Notes: generated from the sequence alone by a model not told the origin. A stretch of DNA of 64,000 nt from an uncultured Alphaproteobacteria bacterium (GCA_963834475.1 CAWIBZ010000003.1:26701-90700), one strand, 5' to 3'. Shown: positions 36,847 through 46,720, numbered from the stretch's first letter. Numbers and translations: made by a program.

Positions 36847-37388
36847 GCGGCGCGCAGACCTATTCGGAAATGATCAATCAGCCGGCCGCAACCGACGCTG
36901 AGGTGCAGACTGCCAGTTATCCCGTGCTGATCCCGGGCAATAGCGGCGGCGCGGCGACGACCAAACTGGCAACCCTGGCACAGCTCACGGCAGCCATCAC
37001 GACGGGCGTGATGGAGGGGGAGGAGACCACCTACAACGCCACTCCGATCGCGATTCCCAATATGCCCGCGATCCCGAGCGCGGGCGGGAAGGTCTCGCTT
37101 CAGGGACAGATCGGCGCCTATGACACGGTCACCGGCGACACCGCGACCTGGAATGTTGCCTTGGTCGTGAAGCGCGTGCCGAACGGCACAGTCTGCGTGA
37201 CAGTCGGCGATACCATGCCCAGCCTGTTCGACGCCGAGGGAACGCTCGAAGCGGTCGCAGAGAACACGCCGCCCACGCTCGGCGCCAACTCGGCCGGGCC
37301 GGTGATCACGCTCACGAGCCTGGGCGGCGACCCCGTCATCTTCGACTACAACTTTTTCTACAGGCTGACGGCGCTGTCGAGTTCGTAG
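36843..37388 (+). CDS. Virion-associated beta-rich protein
   Basis: Thr/Ala/Gly-rich, ATGA-coupled. Confidence 0.6.
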   Translation: MSGAQTYSEMINQPAATDAEVQTASYPVLIPGNSGGAATTKLATLAQLTAAITTGVMEGEETTYNATPIAIPNMPAIPSAGGKVSLQGQIGAYDTVTGDTATWNVALVVKRVPNGTVCVTVGDTMPSLFDAEGTLEAVAENTPPTLGANSAGPVITLTSLGGDPVIFDYNFFYRLTALSSS

Positions 37389-37475
37389 CGCTCAGACGCC
37401 GTCACTCTTCCAAACGACCCTGTCCCTCTTGAGGGGTGCGATGGCCTTCGCCCTCGTGCCGATGGTGCTGCGCGC

Positions 37476-39281
37476 ATGACGACGGTCAAACTCAATCCGA
37501 ATGTGCTGTATCAGACTGTCTATGGGGGGGCGCCCGATCCGGATGCAATCCCTGGCCAGACGCAGGTAACCGCAATCGCAACCATCCTGGATGCCGTGAG
37601 CGCAGCCGCTCTCCAGGTCGGCTCCTATGCCGGCACCGTTACCGTCTCCGGCCCGTTTTCGGGAAAGCCGATCATCCAGAAGACGACCCGGCAGGGGGGC
37701 GCCTTCGGCCTCGGCGCGGGGCCGGTCCCCGTTCAGATCACGCTCTCGGCCGCCGTCGCCTATCTCGAATACCAGGTCGTCGACGCGACCACTGGTGCGG
37801 TGATCGAGGCCTGGCAGCCCTATGCCGGCAGCGTGCGGCCCGGAACGCAGACCATCAATCCGATTGTCTCCTGCCGTCTCGGCTGGAACTTCCTGCAGTT
37901 CCGGGCCAATGGCTACGCGCAGAGCGTCGTCACGTCCACCGTTCCCTTCGGCGTTGGCGACAATGTTCTCAGTTGGGGTCAGTCCTTGGCGGTGACCAAG
38001 GTCAATAACAATTTTATCACCAGCGACACCACAACGATGGCGGCGCTTGGGATCACGCCCAGCCCATACGGCTCGGTGTTCTGCGCTTACGCTCAGGATG
38101 GGGCGACGGACGTCAACAACCCGCCGACCTGGGCGCCCCCCGCCGACGGCAGCGTCTACAGCTCCGCGTTTCTCGGCGAATTCCTAAACCTCATGATCGC
38201 GGCGGCTGGTTACAATATCGGCTTCGTGGGGTATTCGGTCGGATCTAGCTCGGTCCTCGAGTGGCTGCCAAATTCCACCGTGCAGGCGAACGAACGCCAC
38301 CTTGCGGTGCTGCTTAACATCATCAAGCTGGGCATCACCGGTTGGGCTATTGAGATGCGTGAGCAAGGGCACGCCGACGCCAAGACCCTTATGCCGTCAG
38401 TGCTATACAGAAACAATGATAGTGTCGTCAGAAATGCGATCGAGCTTTACAATAGCGTAACTGCGCGCACCGTCTTGCAGACGATTCCAGCACTTGGAGT
38501 TTACGCCCCCGCAACCCCGGCAAGCGTCATGGCCATTCGCGCGGCGTTGAAACAGGTTGCCGACCAGAACGCGTCAATGGAATACGTTGATGACCTCAAC
38601 GCGACCCAGTCTGGTGACTTTGTCCACCCAAGTCAGGCGGGTGAGGTCATTAGCGCGCAGAACTGTTATCGAGCCTGCGCCAAGCTTTTGGGACTGCTGC
38701 CGGTCGGATCATATGGACCTTACATCAGCGGAACGCTGACGCGGCCGTCCACGGCGCCCACCACGATTGTCATTCCTGTCCAGCAGAGACAGGGAACGGC
38801 GATCGTTCTCGTCGGCACCCCGACAGACCAGTTCAAGGTTTTCTTGGCGACGGATACAGCCTTCGCGCGCCCTCTAACCGTGTCGGCAATTTCTGCAACG
38901 GAGACTGAGATCACGCTCACCCTGGCCAACGACCCCGGCGTTGGCGTGGCATTGAATGTGATCTACCGCCCCGGCACCTATGACACGGCGCATACGATCA
39001 CGTCCGATGGCATATATGACAATTACGTAAATGCGGACGGCATCACCACAGGAAGGCAGCTGGTGGACCCGGCTGCTGTCATGCCTGTTGCCGGAACGGT
39101 CCCGGCTATGACGGTAGCGACACCGGCCGCGACGACGGCAGGCACGGCCATAACGATAACAGGCTCTTACTTCGGCGGGCAGCCGCCAACGCCCACCATA
39201 ACCGTCAATGCGATATCCGCTACGACCAGCGGAACGGCCATAAACGTTAGTGGCTCATATGTAGGGGAGCTAAACTCATGA
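37476..39281 (+). CDS. SGNH-type carbohydrate esterase, tailspike-like
   Basis: GQS (block I), VGSSS (II), EQGHADA (III), DFVHP (V); Ig-like flanks. Confidence 0.75.
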   Translation: MTTVKLNPNVLYQTVYGGAPDPDAIPGQTQVTAIATILDAVSAAALQVGSYAGTVTVSGPFSGKPIIQKTTRQGGAFGLGAGPVPVQITLSAAVAYLEYQVVDATTGAVIEAWQPYAGSVRPGTQTINPIVSCRLGWNFLQFRANGYAQSVVTSTVPFGVGDNVLSWGQSLAVTKVNNNFITSDTTTMAALGITPSPYGSVFCAYAQDGATDVNNPPTWAPPADGSVYSSAFLGEFLNLMIAAAGYNIGFVGYSVGSSSVLEWLPNSTVQANERHLAVLLNIIKLGITGWAIEMREQGHADAKTLMPSVLYRNNDSVVRNAIELYNSVTARTVLQTIPALGVYAPATPASVMAIRAALKQVADQNASMEYVDDLNATQSGDFVHPSQAGEVISAQNCYRACAKLLGLLPVGSYGPYISGTLTRPSTAPTTIVIPVQQRQGTAIVLVGTPTDQFKVFLATDTAFARPLTVSAISATETEITLTLANDPGVGVALNVIYRPGTYDTAHTITSDGIYDNYVNADGITTGRQLVDPAAVMPVAGTVPAMTVATPAATTAGTAITITGSYFGGQPPTPTITVNAISATTSGTAINVSGSYVGELNS

Positions 39282-40306
39282 GCGGCATTCTTGATTACGC
39301 AACCGATGGTGAGACCTGGGTTGGGCTGAGCGATGCCGTAATCACGCCCGGCACCACGGCAGGCGCCGGCACTTATTCGGCCGTGATATCAGGTGGGCTG
39401 CCGGCGGGAGTTTGGAACATTTACGTGCGTAACCACACCGATACCGCGCAGGTCGGGGAGACGTCTGCGCCATTTGCTGTGACGGCGGCCAGCCCGGTAG
39501 CGCTGCCGACCATTGCCAATCACATCCTATCTCTGGAGCCGGACAACGGGTTTGGCTATCTGTTTACGGACACCGCGCTCTCCATTCAGGCGACTATCGG
39601 GCAGGGCATCGAAAGCGTCGGCGACAATAGCGGCAGCGGCAATAGCTGGATCTATAACGGCCTCCTTACACCCGTTGCCGCGGCCCCCGTCTTTGTCTCG
39701 GACATAAAGAACGCCTTGCCTGCATTGCAGTTTTCAGCCACCAACCCGACTTACCTGCGATTGGGCACCAACATGCCAATCGGGCCAGCGCTCCAGGCGG
39801 CTGCTACGGCGACGAGCGGCGCCGGCTTTACAATCGCTGCCTTCTTTACCCTGACCACCCTCCCCGCAGCCGGCTCCTATTTTGAAATCTTTCAAATCCT
39901 GTCCAACGTCGCCGGGGTCACGCAGCCTTACAGGGTGCGGCTCTACGTTGCTGGTGGCGGGGTCATTACGGCGCGGCTTGGTGACGACAGCAACGGCGCC
40001 TCTGCGCAGGTTTCTGCGCCGGCCGCGGTTGCCGTCAATACCACGGTGTCTGTCGTTCTGGGATATGACGGCACCAACTTTGACATGACAGTGGGCGCCC
40101 AGGAGGAGCAATCCGCTGCCCCTTCAACGAAGGTTTGGGTGCAGACCTGGGACGACGGCTGGATGGGCGCGGACCGTGTGGGCAACACTGCAAGCAACAT
40201 CTTTTTTGGAGGCAACCTCCTCGGGTTGGAAATGTGGACCACGCCTTACACGCAAGCGAATGCCACAGCACTGGTTGCCTACGGCACGAGCAAGTGGGGG
40301 GCCTAA
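39278..40306 (+). CDS. LamG/ConA-like lectin domain protein
   Basis: NALPALQF...FFGGNLLGLEMW....L.AY...KWG LamG-like pattern. Confidence 0.7.
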   Translation: MSGILDYATDGETWVGLSDAVITPGTTAGAGTYSAVISGGLPAGVWNIYVRNHTDTAQVGETSAPFAVTAASPVALPTIANHILSLEPDNGFGYLFTDTALSIQATIGQGIESVGDNSGSGNSWIYNGLLTPVAAAPVFVSDIKNALPALQFSATNPTYLRLGTNMPIGPALQAAATATSGAGFTIAAFFTLTTLPAAGSYFEIFQILSNVAGVTQPYRVRLYVAGGGVITARLGDDSNGASAQVSAPAAVAVNTTVSVVLGYDGTNFDMTVGAQEEQSAAPSTKVWVQTWDDGWMGADRVGNTASNIFFGGNLLGLEMWTTPYTQANATALVAYGTSKWGA

Positions 40307-40338
40307 AACTAAAATTCACCGCAGAAGGAAATCACCAC

Positions 40339-40521
40339 ATGGAGCAATCCGAAGCCCGATCCTGTATGTTCCCTGCTGAAATCAAAATGACCGAGGATAT
40401 GATTAGCGCCGGAGTGGCAGAGCTGCGGGAGCGTTGCTTTGGAGAAAGCCTAGATCAAATAGTCGAAGGCATTTTCCGAGCCATGTATGAAAGTCTTTCT
40501 TCTAAGCTGCCAAATCAATAG
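40339..40521 (+). CDS. Small hypothetical protein
   Basis: EIKMTEDMISAGVAEL...IVEGIFRAM; AAGGA RBS. Confidence 0.55.
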   Translation: MEQSEARSCMFPAEIKMTEDMISAGVAELRERCFGESLDQIVEGIFRAMYESLSSKLPNQ

Positions 40522-41098
40522 CTTCCTTTAGCATGACGTGCTGATAATCGAGGCACATCCGAGCGATGACGCTGGGTCGGCCATCGGTGATTGGTTGACC
40601 GAGATGAATGATAGGAGGATCAAACTTGGTGCCAAATCTCTTATCCTCGACTTGAACTAACTTTGCGCGCACGACCGGTATGTTCACCGGCTCCGAGTTT
40701 CCTTCTGGCCACGCCTGATCCAACATGACGCGTCCTTCAGAAACGAAGATTGCCCTGTGAAGGATCACTTTTCCATCCGGATTAAAGGCCATGTTGCCTA
40801 TGACAGTTTCCACAAAAACATCTGATATGCCATGCTCCTCTGAGTTGCGAGCTTGATGCAGATACTGAAGTAGCTCATCCCTCCGACGCTCGCCCTTCTT
40901 CCGAGAAAACCAACTCTCGCTAGCGCGGTTTCCCCGGGCGCCGATTTCAAGATAATTGAATATTGAGTGGGAGGAGATCAGGAAGTCTGACCAAGCTTCT
41001 GCAAAATCTTTCGCAGAAGTGGGAGTCCGGATCCTGGCGAGTGCCTTCTCTGCTCGTTCAAATCGGGCGATGGCTTTGTTCACTGCGTCGCGGTTCAC
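40502..41098 (-). CDS. HEPN-like protein (Rx4H), moron
   Basis: Helical N-terminus with WSDFL..., DELLQYLHQARNSEEH; lower GC; antisense to the late operon. Confidence 0.55.
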   Translation of the reverse strand: MNRDAVNKAIARFERAEKALARIRTPTSAKDFAEAWSDFLISSHSIFNYLEIGARGNRASESWFSRKKGERRRDELLQYLHQARNSEEHGISDVFVETVIGNMAFNPDGKVILHRAIFVSEGRVMLDQAWPEGNSEPVNIPVVRAKLVQVEDKRFGTKFDPPIIHLGQPITDGRPSVIARMCLDYQHVMLKEAIDLAA

Positions 41099-41551
41099 CT
41101 GAAGTCCCTTCACGTTTCGGCCGGGACCACTAATCGGAGCCACCAGATCGTCGGCGCGGGACAGTGAAGCCGCAGATAGATCAGAGTCAATTCCTGAGAC
41201 TGGCTCTTGGCAGGGGAACTTCGTGGTTTTTTCGTTTTCCCTGGTCCACGCCTTTGCGGAACCCTTCAAAAATGCCCAAACGGATTTTGTGGATGAACTC
41301 GCGCTCGGGTCTGCTTCTCGGCGTGATGTGACTGGCCGCTGACGGGAGTCCTGATTGATGCCCTATGTCGTTCACTCATCCTGAGAGCGCATCAGGTTCC
41401 TCGCCTCATCTCGCAGAATTCCCTCAATGCAGACCGAATCACCCGACTGAGAACGCTTCGTCATTCTCATGCACGCCTCACCATCCCCTGACGTCCGTGC
41501 GACCGCTCGGCTCTGGTCGCCTCCCTTCACCTATCTTGCACCGGAGGCCCC

Positions 41552-41920
41552 ATGCCTGACGGGATCGATACGCCCGAGCTGCGCGCAATCATGCACGAGG
41601 TTGTCCAGGAGCAATTTGAGCGCATCGGCATATATGCACTGGACTCCCAAGGCCTGATCGTCACCCGGCGCAATTTCGTTGTGCTGAACGAGCTCGCTGA
41701 GCGTACAGACGATATCCGGGATCTCCTAGACGCCAGGGATGCTGAGCGCAAAGCGCTCGAGGAATCCGCCAGGGCGGAGGACGAGGATCGCCGCGCGCGC
41801 AAGATCAAGCGCCACGAGGTCTTCCTCGCGATGCTCGCCAGCATTGCGCAATACGGGATCGCCGGCCTGCTGGGCTACGGCGTCGGTTGGGTCATCACTT
41901 ATCTCAAAGGTCACCATTGA
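41552..41920 (+). CDS. Holin/antiholin-like membrane protein
   Basis: Coiled coil plus C-terminal TM; first gene of the lysis cassette. Confidence 0.55.
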   Translation: MPDGIDTPELRAIMHEVVQEQFERIGIYALDSQGLIVTRRNFVVLNELAERTDDIRDLLDARDAERKALEESARAEDEDRRARKIKRHEVFLAMLASIAQYGIAGLLGYGVGWVITYLKGHH

Positions 41921-42105
41921 TGAGCATCATCGCCGGCATGCGTGTCCGCGCATGGAAGCTTGCGCTCGCCGTGCTGGCGGGGGCGGGCCTGTCGCAACTT
42001 GGTCCCTACCCGGGGTCAGGATCGACGCCTCAGATATCAGTCGCGCCCGCATCAGTGGCGCCGCATAGCATGCGACTTGCCGATGGGATGGGGGGCGCAC
42101 GCTGA
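41920..42105 (+). CDS. Small membrane/secreted protein
   Basis: N-terminal hydrophobic helix; TGATG-coupled on both sides. Confidence 0.45.
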   Translation: MSIIAGMRVRAWKLALAVLAGAGLSQLGPYPGSGSTPQISVAPASVAPHSMRLADGMGGAR

Positions 42106-42941
42106 TGGTCGCCTCAAGTTATCCGACGACGACCGCCTTCACGAAGGCTGAAGAAGGCGGCTACACGGGCGACCCCGTTGACAGCGGAAACTGGTCGAGT
42201 GGCATCACCGGCCAGGGCACGCTCATCGGCAGCAACATGGGCTGCGGCGCGCCCGCCACCATCGCCTACATGGCTGCGACCGACCCCGACTTCACGGTCA
42301 CCGCAGCCTGGATGCAGGCCCTGCCGCAGACCGTCTACGACGGCATGGCGCAGACCGGCTATTGGAACCCGCTGCAGTGTCCGGATCCCCGGATGCTTGC
42401 TGGGCTTGATCTGTCGTGCTTCGATTTCGGATGGAACACCGGTATCGGGAGCGCGGCGAAGCGCCTGCAGTGGCTCGTCGGCGTTGAGCAGGACGGCGAT
42501 ATCGGCGACGAGACCTTGGCGGCAACTGGTGCCTGTCCGCTGGCGCCGATCGCTCAAGCGCTCTCCCCTGAGGATGCGGAGACGCTGCAGATCCATCTCG
42601 GGGTCACGGCCGATGGCAGCGTCGGGCCGATAACGCTGGGCGCGATTGCCGCGCAGCCATCGATCCGGCCGATCGTGCTCATCCTCGGCCTCGGGGAAGC
42701 CCAGACCGCCTACTATCGGACCCTCTACAATTTCTCGACTTTCGGTGCCGGCTGGCTGGCTCGCACCGGCCGACGCGTAGCCGCCGGCATCGCACTTGCC
42801 GCCGGGGCACGGCCGGCCACCCAGGCCATCCGTCTCGCTCATCGCGCCCCCCGGGCGATTGAGCCTGCCGACGCCGCGCCCTGGCGTCCCTTCGAGCCGG
42901 GCATCTCTATCGCTGCCCAGGCCGCGCGCCTGGCTGGCTGA
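42105..42941 (+). CDS. Endolysin, glycoside hydrolase family 108 with PG-binding repeats
   Basis: EEGGYTGDPVDSGNW, FDFGWNTG, DGDIG..T and DGSVGPITL, FGAGWLAR. Confidence 0.9.
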   Translation: MVASSYPTTTAFTKAEEGGYTGDPVDSGNWSSGITGQGTLIGSNMGCGAPATIAYMAATDPDFTVTAAWMQALPQTVYDGMAQTGYWNPLQCPDPRMLAGLDLSCFDFGWNTGIGSAAKRLQWLVGVEQDGDIGDETLAATGACPLAPIAQALSPEDAETLQIHLGVTADGSVGPITLGAIAAQPSIRPIVLILGLGEAQTAYYRTLYNFSTFGAGWLARTGRRVAAGIALAAGARPATQAIRLAHRAPRAIEPADAAPWRPFEPGISIAAQAARLAG

Positions 42942-42965
42942 TCCCTCCCAAAACAGGAAACCATC

Positions 42966-43478
42966 ATGAAACGCTTTTTCGCCACGCTGGCGTTCGCCGG
43001 CGCGCTGTCCCTTGGCGCGTGCGCTATCCCGACCGCTTCCATCGCTACCGATGCACAAGCGCTGTTGACTGCAGCAGAGGGCAATGGCTCGATTTCCACG
43101 AGCACCGGCCTCATCGTGACCGATGTCATCAACGGCTACGAGGCCGTTTCCTCGGAGCAAAACGCCTCGATCTCGGCTGGTGACAGCACGACGCTGGCGG
43201 GCCTCAAGTCGCTCAACACCGCCATTGGTCAGCTTGCTGCCGACAGCACCAATGCAACGGTGGTCTCCGACGCCAAGGAAGCTCAGACGCTCCTCGGCGA
43301 TATCATCAACTCGAGCTCCGGAACGGTGACGCAGGCTCAGGTCGAGACGGCCGTGGCCACCTTCCTGATCGACTACCTGGCCGCCAATTCTCCCGCCTCC
43401 GCCGCTCCTGGCGCCGCGCCGTCGCGGACCCAGTCCCTCATCAACGACGCGCGGGCCCGCATCGCCGCCATCCACTAA
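42966..43478 (+). CDS. Lipoprotein (possible spanin-like)
   Basis: Signal peptide with lipobox LGAC; amphipathic helices. Confidence 0.7.
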   Translation: MKRFFATLAFAGALSLGACAIPTASIATDAQALLTAAEGNGSISTSTGLIVTDVINGYEAVSSEQNASISAGDSTTLAGLKSLNTAIGQLAADSTNATVVSDAKEAQTLLGDIINSSSGTVTQAQVETAVATFLIDYLAANSPASAAPGAAPSRTQSLINDARARIAAIH

Positions 43479-43555
43479 CCAGCCCGCACCGCGGCCCTGC
43501 ATCCGGCTGGGCCGCATCCGCCTTCTCCCTCCCCAAAATCCGAGAGGAACCCCCT

Positions 43556-44149
43556 GTGAATCTCCAGCAGTGGATCGCGCTTGCGATCCTCGTTCTTCCG
43601 AACGTCGGCTTCGGGCTGACGCTCCTTTCCCACACCGGCTTCATGGCCAAGCATGCCGCCTGGCAGGCGATCGTCGGCGGCGCGATCAACGTGGTCGCCC
43701 AGATCGAGGCCGAGCTGAAGGCCAATCCGAACATGAACGCCGCCCAGCTGGTAGCCGCCGGCATTGCCGAGCTGCGCACCGTCTACGCCCAGGCTTTCGC
43801 CAAGCTGGGCGGCACGGCTGTTCCCGACGCCGTCCTGCAGCTCCTGTTCCAGCGCGTGGCCGCGCGCCTGCCGGCGAACGTGGATGCTGCGATCGTGCAG
43901 TTCCTCGGTGGCGGCAGCAGCCCGGGCGGCGCCACGACGGTTTCCGGGGCGGTCTCCTCCGTTCCGCTCCGCCGCGGGGTGCGCTTCATCCGCTCGGTTG
44001 GCCCGGTCGTCCTTGCCCGCGAGACCAGCCCCGTGCGTCGCCTTCTTCTCTGGCTCGCGTGGCCGTTCGTCTCCCTCGCGCGCTTGGTCGCGCGGCTGCT
44101 GCGCCCGCGGCCGTTCGTCTTCACCTTCGACGGTGAGGTGCTCGGATGA
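43556..44149 (+). CDS. Holin-like membrane protein
   Basis: N- and C-terminal hydrophobic segments; GAGG RBS. Confidence 0.5.
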   Translation: MNLQQWIALAILVLPNVGFGLTLLSHTGFMAKHAAWQAIVGGAINVVAQIEAELKANPNMNAAQLVAAGIAELRTVYAQAFAKLGGTAVPDAVLQLLFQRVAARLPANVDAAIVQFLGGGSSPGGATTVSGAVSSVPLRRGVRFIRSVGPVVLARETSPVRRLLLWLAWPFVSLARLVARLLRPRPFVFTFDGEVLG

Positions 44150-44964
44150 CGGTCGCGCAACCGCTGCGGAAGCGCGGCAAGCAGGCGCCGGGTTTCGACC
44201 CGGCCGTCCTGCATTGGTCCCAGCTGCACAGTGCCCGCGGCCGCGTCCGCGGGGTGCAGATCCCGCAGTCGATCGATTGGTTCAAGGGCATCGACCGTGC
44301 CAAGCTCGGCACCCTCGGGAATGCCTATGACCCATCAAACCCGACCGCGCCGGTGGTCGGGGACTGCGGGGTCGCTGGCATGTATCGCCTCGAGCAGGCC
44401 TGGGACTACCAGGTCAAAAGCAGCTTCGTCCCCGGTGACCAGCTACTGCCCTGTGCGCTGCAGGCCTACAGCGAGATCAGCGGCTGGAACCCCAATGACC
44501 CGTCTACCGATCAGGGTATCGTCCTGCTCAACGGCCTGAAATACTGGCTGACCAAGGGCATCCCCTGGCCGGACGGCACGCGCCGCAAGATCGTCGGCTT
44601 CTTCCAGGTCGACCATCGCGTCAACGCTGACATCCGGCAAGTCGTTGCTGAGTGCGGAGGCGCCTATGTCGGGCAAACCATCCCCGACGCCTATGACACA
44701 AGCAACGAGGGCGATATCTGGGATCTGGAAGGCCCCGGGAACGGTGGCCATTGCACGGACATCATGGCCTACGATCCGAACGACTTCGACATGGAGTCCT
44801 GGGCCATGCGCTTCGCGGAAACGCTTCGCGCCAAGGATGCCTACATGGACGAGGCCTGGGCCGTCGTCAGCCCGACCTGGGCCAAGGCGACCGGAAAGAC
44901 CCCGTTCAACATGACCCTGGATGAGGTCGAGGCGTCGATGCAGCCGCTGAGGATGGCGGCTTAG
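44146..44964 (+). CDS. Papain-like (C1-type) cysteine peptidase
   Basis: GDCGVAG (Cys), GGHCT (His), downstream SW motif. Confidence 0.7.
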   Translation: MTVAQPLRKRGKQAPGFDPAVLHWSQLHSARGRVRGVQIPQSIDWFKGIDRAKLGTLGNAYDPSNPTAPVVGDCGVAGMYRLEQAWDYQVKSSFVPGDQLLPCALQAYSEISGWNPNDPSTDQGIVLLNGLKYWLTKGIPWPDGTRRKIVGFFQVDHRVNADIRQVVAECGGAYVGQTIPDAYDTSNEGDIWDLEGPGNGGHCTDIMAYDPNDFDMESWAMRFAETLRAKDAYMDEAWAVVSPTWAKATGKTPFNMTLDEVEASMQPLRMAA

Positions 44965-45242
44965 ACCCTCGGCCCCGTGACCTGGGCTAAGGCGAGAGGC
45001 GGGAGCCCAGGTCCGTCGATCACTTTGCTGCATCGACCTCACCCGGCGGGATTGGCCGAGCCCTTGAAGCATAAGGGCCTCACCGGATGAGCACGCAATC
45101 TCTGCTTCTTTACCCAGCCGTTGGCAAGGCCTTCCCCGGCAGGGGTAGAATTCGACGATGACAGCCGACCCATTCGGGGCCGGGCTTTTAATTTGCGATA
45201 TGGTGGTTTCCAAACCAACTCGGATCGGATATGCACTGACCT

Positions 45243-45370
45243 ATGGCAAGCATCCTGAGCGCCCCTTGCATTCAGAACGAGGCCGCTGCCTATGCGAAGC
45301 TTGAGAGCATCGCGGGGACGGACGGACCGGTGTGCTTCTATTATGGCAACACCGAGCGCATAGAGCGGAT
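45243..45370 (+). pseudogene. IS1595-family transposase N-terminal relic
   Basis: SILSAPCIQNEAAAYAKLES....GPVCFYYG resembles IS1595 S.LSAPHF.NE.AA...GPVCPHCG. Confidence 0.65.
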
Positions 45371-45430
45371 GGGTGGCATCGGGTTCGAGTCGATCCATAT
45401 CGCCCCGCCCATCACCTATCAGGACTCGTC

Positions 45431-46174
45431 ATGCGTGCCCTAGTTGGTCAACCAAGAAATCCGCTCGCAGCAGGCTTCTACACGGTTCGCGATGCGGCAC
45501 GCTTGATTGAGGTGGGAAGCGCCCCCCGGATTACCGGATGGCTACGAGGATACCCTAGCCGCCAAATTGGACCTTTACTGCACAGGGACTTTCCCCCCAT
45601 CGGCGGGAAGGAGGAGCTGAGTTTTCTCGACCTGATGGAAGTCAGGTTCGTAGAATTCTTCCGTCAGGAAGGCGTCAAAGTCCGAACGCTCCGAGCAGCG
45701 CTCGACACCGCTCGCGCCATATTTCGCGAGGCAAAACCTCTTGCTTCTAGCAAGGTAGTGTTCAGAACAACGGAAAACAGAAAAAACGTATTCGTTGAAG
45801 AGATATTGCGGGAAGCGGGCGAAGCAGAAGACGATCGCCGCCTGCTGAATCTCTATAACAGACAGTATGAGATATATGATTTCATACAGACACGGTTAGC
45901 TAAGGGGGTCGTTTTTGATCCGTCTACAGCGCTAGCAAGCTGCTGGTATCCGCGCCAGGAACAGTTTCCGACCATATTCATTCAGCCTACCATAGCGTAC
46001 GGCCATCCCGTGACACCGTCCCATGTTCCGACTGGTGTCATATACGACGCGTGGAAAGCTGGAGATGATCCGAACGAAATCGGCGACTGGTTTTCTACAC
46101 CGATCGAGCAGGTGTTGGCGGCGATTGAATTTGAGCAGAGTTTGGCCTCTGAAGCCAAGCTGACCGTCCATTGA
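45431..46174 (+). CDS. Antitoxin, HTH + DUF433 (VapB45-like)
   Basis: GFYTVRDAARLI, LSFLDLMEVRFV, P.IAYGHPV...VPT..I...W. Confidence 0.85.
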   Translation: MRALVGQPRNPLAAGFYTVRDAARLIEVGSAPRITGWLRGYPSRQIGPLLHRDFPPIGGKEELSFLDLMEVRFVEFFRQEGVKVRTLRAALDTARAIFREAKPLASSKVVFRTTENRKNVFVEEILREAGEAEDDRRLLNLYNRQYEIYDFIQTRLAKGVVFDPSTALASCWYPRQEQFPTIFIQPTIAYGHPVTPSHVPTGVIYDAWKAGDDPNEIGDWFSTPIEQVLAAIEFEQSLASEAKLTVH

Positions 46175-46654
46175 GCCGCATAAAAGTCGCTTTAGATCAT
46201 TGTTTATCGCCGAGATTGGTCCCGGTTCTAACAGCTTTGTACGGGCATCATGGCTACGATTTCATGCATCTGGAAAGCATCGTCTCAGGCCCAACCAAAG
46301 ACATAACATGGGCGGACACTTATAGAAGATATGGAGGTAAGTTCGTATTATCAGGAGACTGCAAGATAGCCTACAAGCCTCACGAAGCCGTAAGCATTTA
46401 TTGACAATGGACTCACAACAGTATTCCCCTCTGAAAACTGGGTAGCTCTGAAATTGCATACTCAAGCTACTGTGCTTCCACACTACTGGCCGACGATTGC
46501 CAACACGTTCTCCACGGCCAAAGCCGGCACATGTTGGCGACTGCCCTTGGTGGTAAAGGACCGCACACTGACATTGAGTGAAGTAAGCTTGGAGCCTTTG
46601 CAGATTCCAACGAATGTCCTCGCAGAAGCGCGAGCCAAAGCTGCCACGGCTTGA
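46171..46654 (+). pseudogene. PIN-domain toxin (VapC45/PIN_10-like), frameshifted at ~46395
   Basis: KVALDHCLSPRL...TKDITW...LSGD.KI..KPHE, continuing in other frames. Confidence 0.75.
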
Positions 46655-46720
46655 TCGCTTCAAAGAAGCCGCCCGCGAATTCGGCTATGACCAAAGCGAG
46701 GGCCACTGCGGATAGAGAAG

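Noticed and set aside
34377-40306. Diversity-generating retroelement or invertible tail-fibre cassette
   Set aside because: No reverse transcriptase, TR/VR pair, invertase or flanking inverted repeats seen
41187-41375. KRKNHEVPLP resembling an integrase fragment
   Set aside because: Too short, with no other tyrosine recombinase motifs
15298-44330. Many long opposite-strand or alternate-frame ORFs (e.g. 19745-21508, 24044-25924, 42114-43517)
   Set aside because: Shadow ORFs from high-GC codon bias over well-supported phage genes
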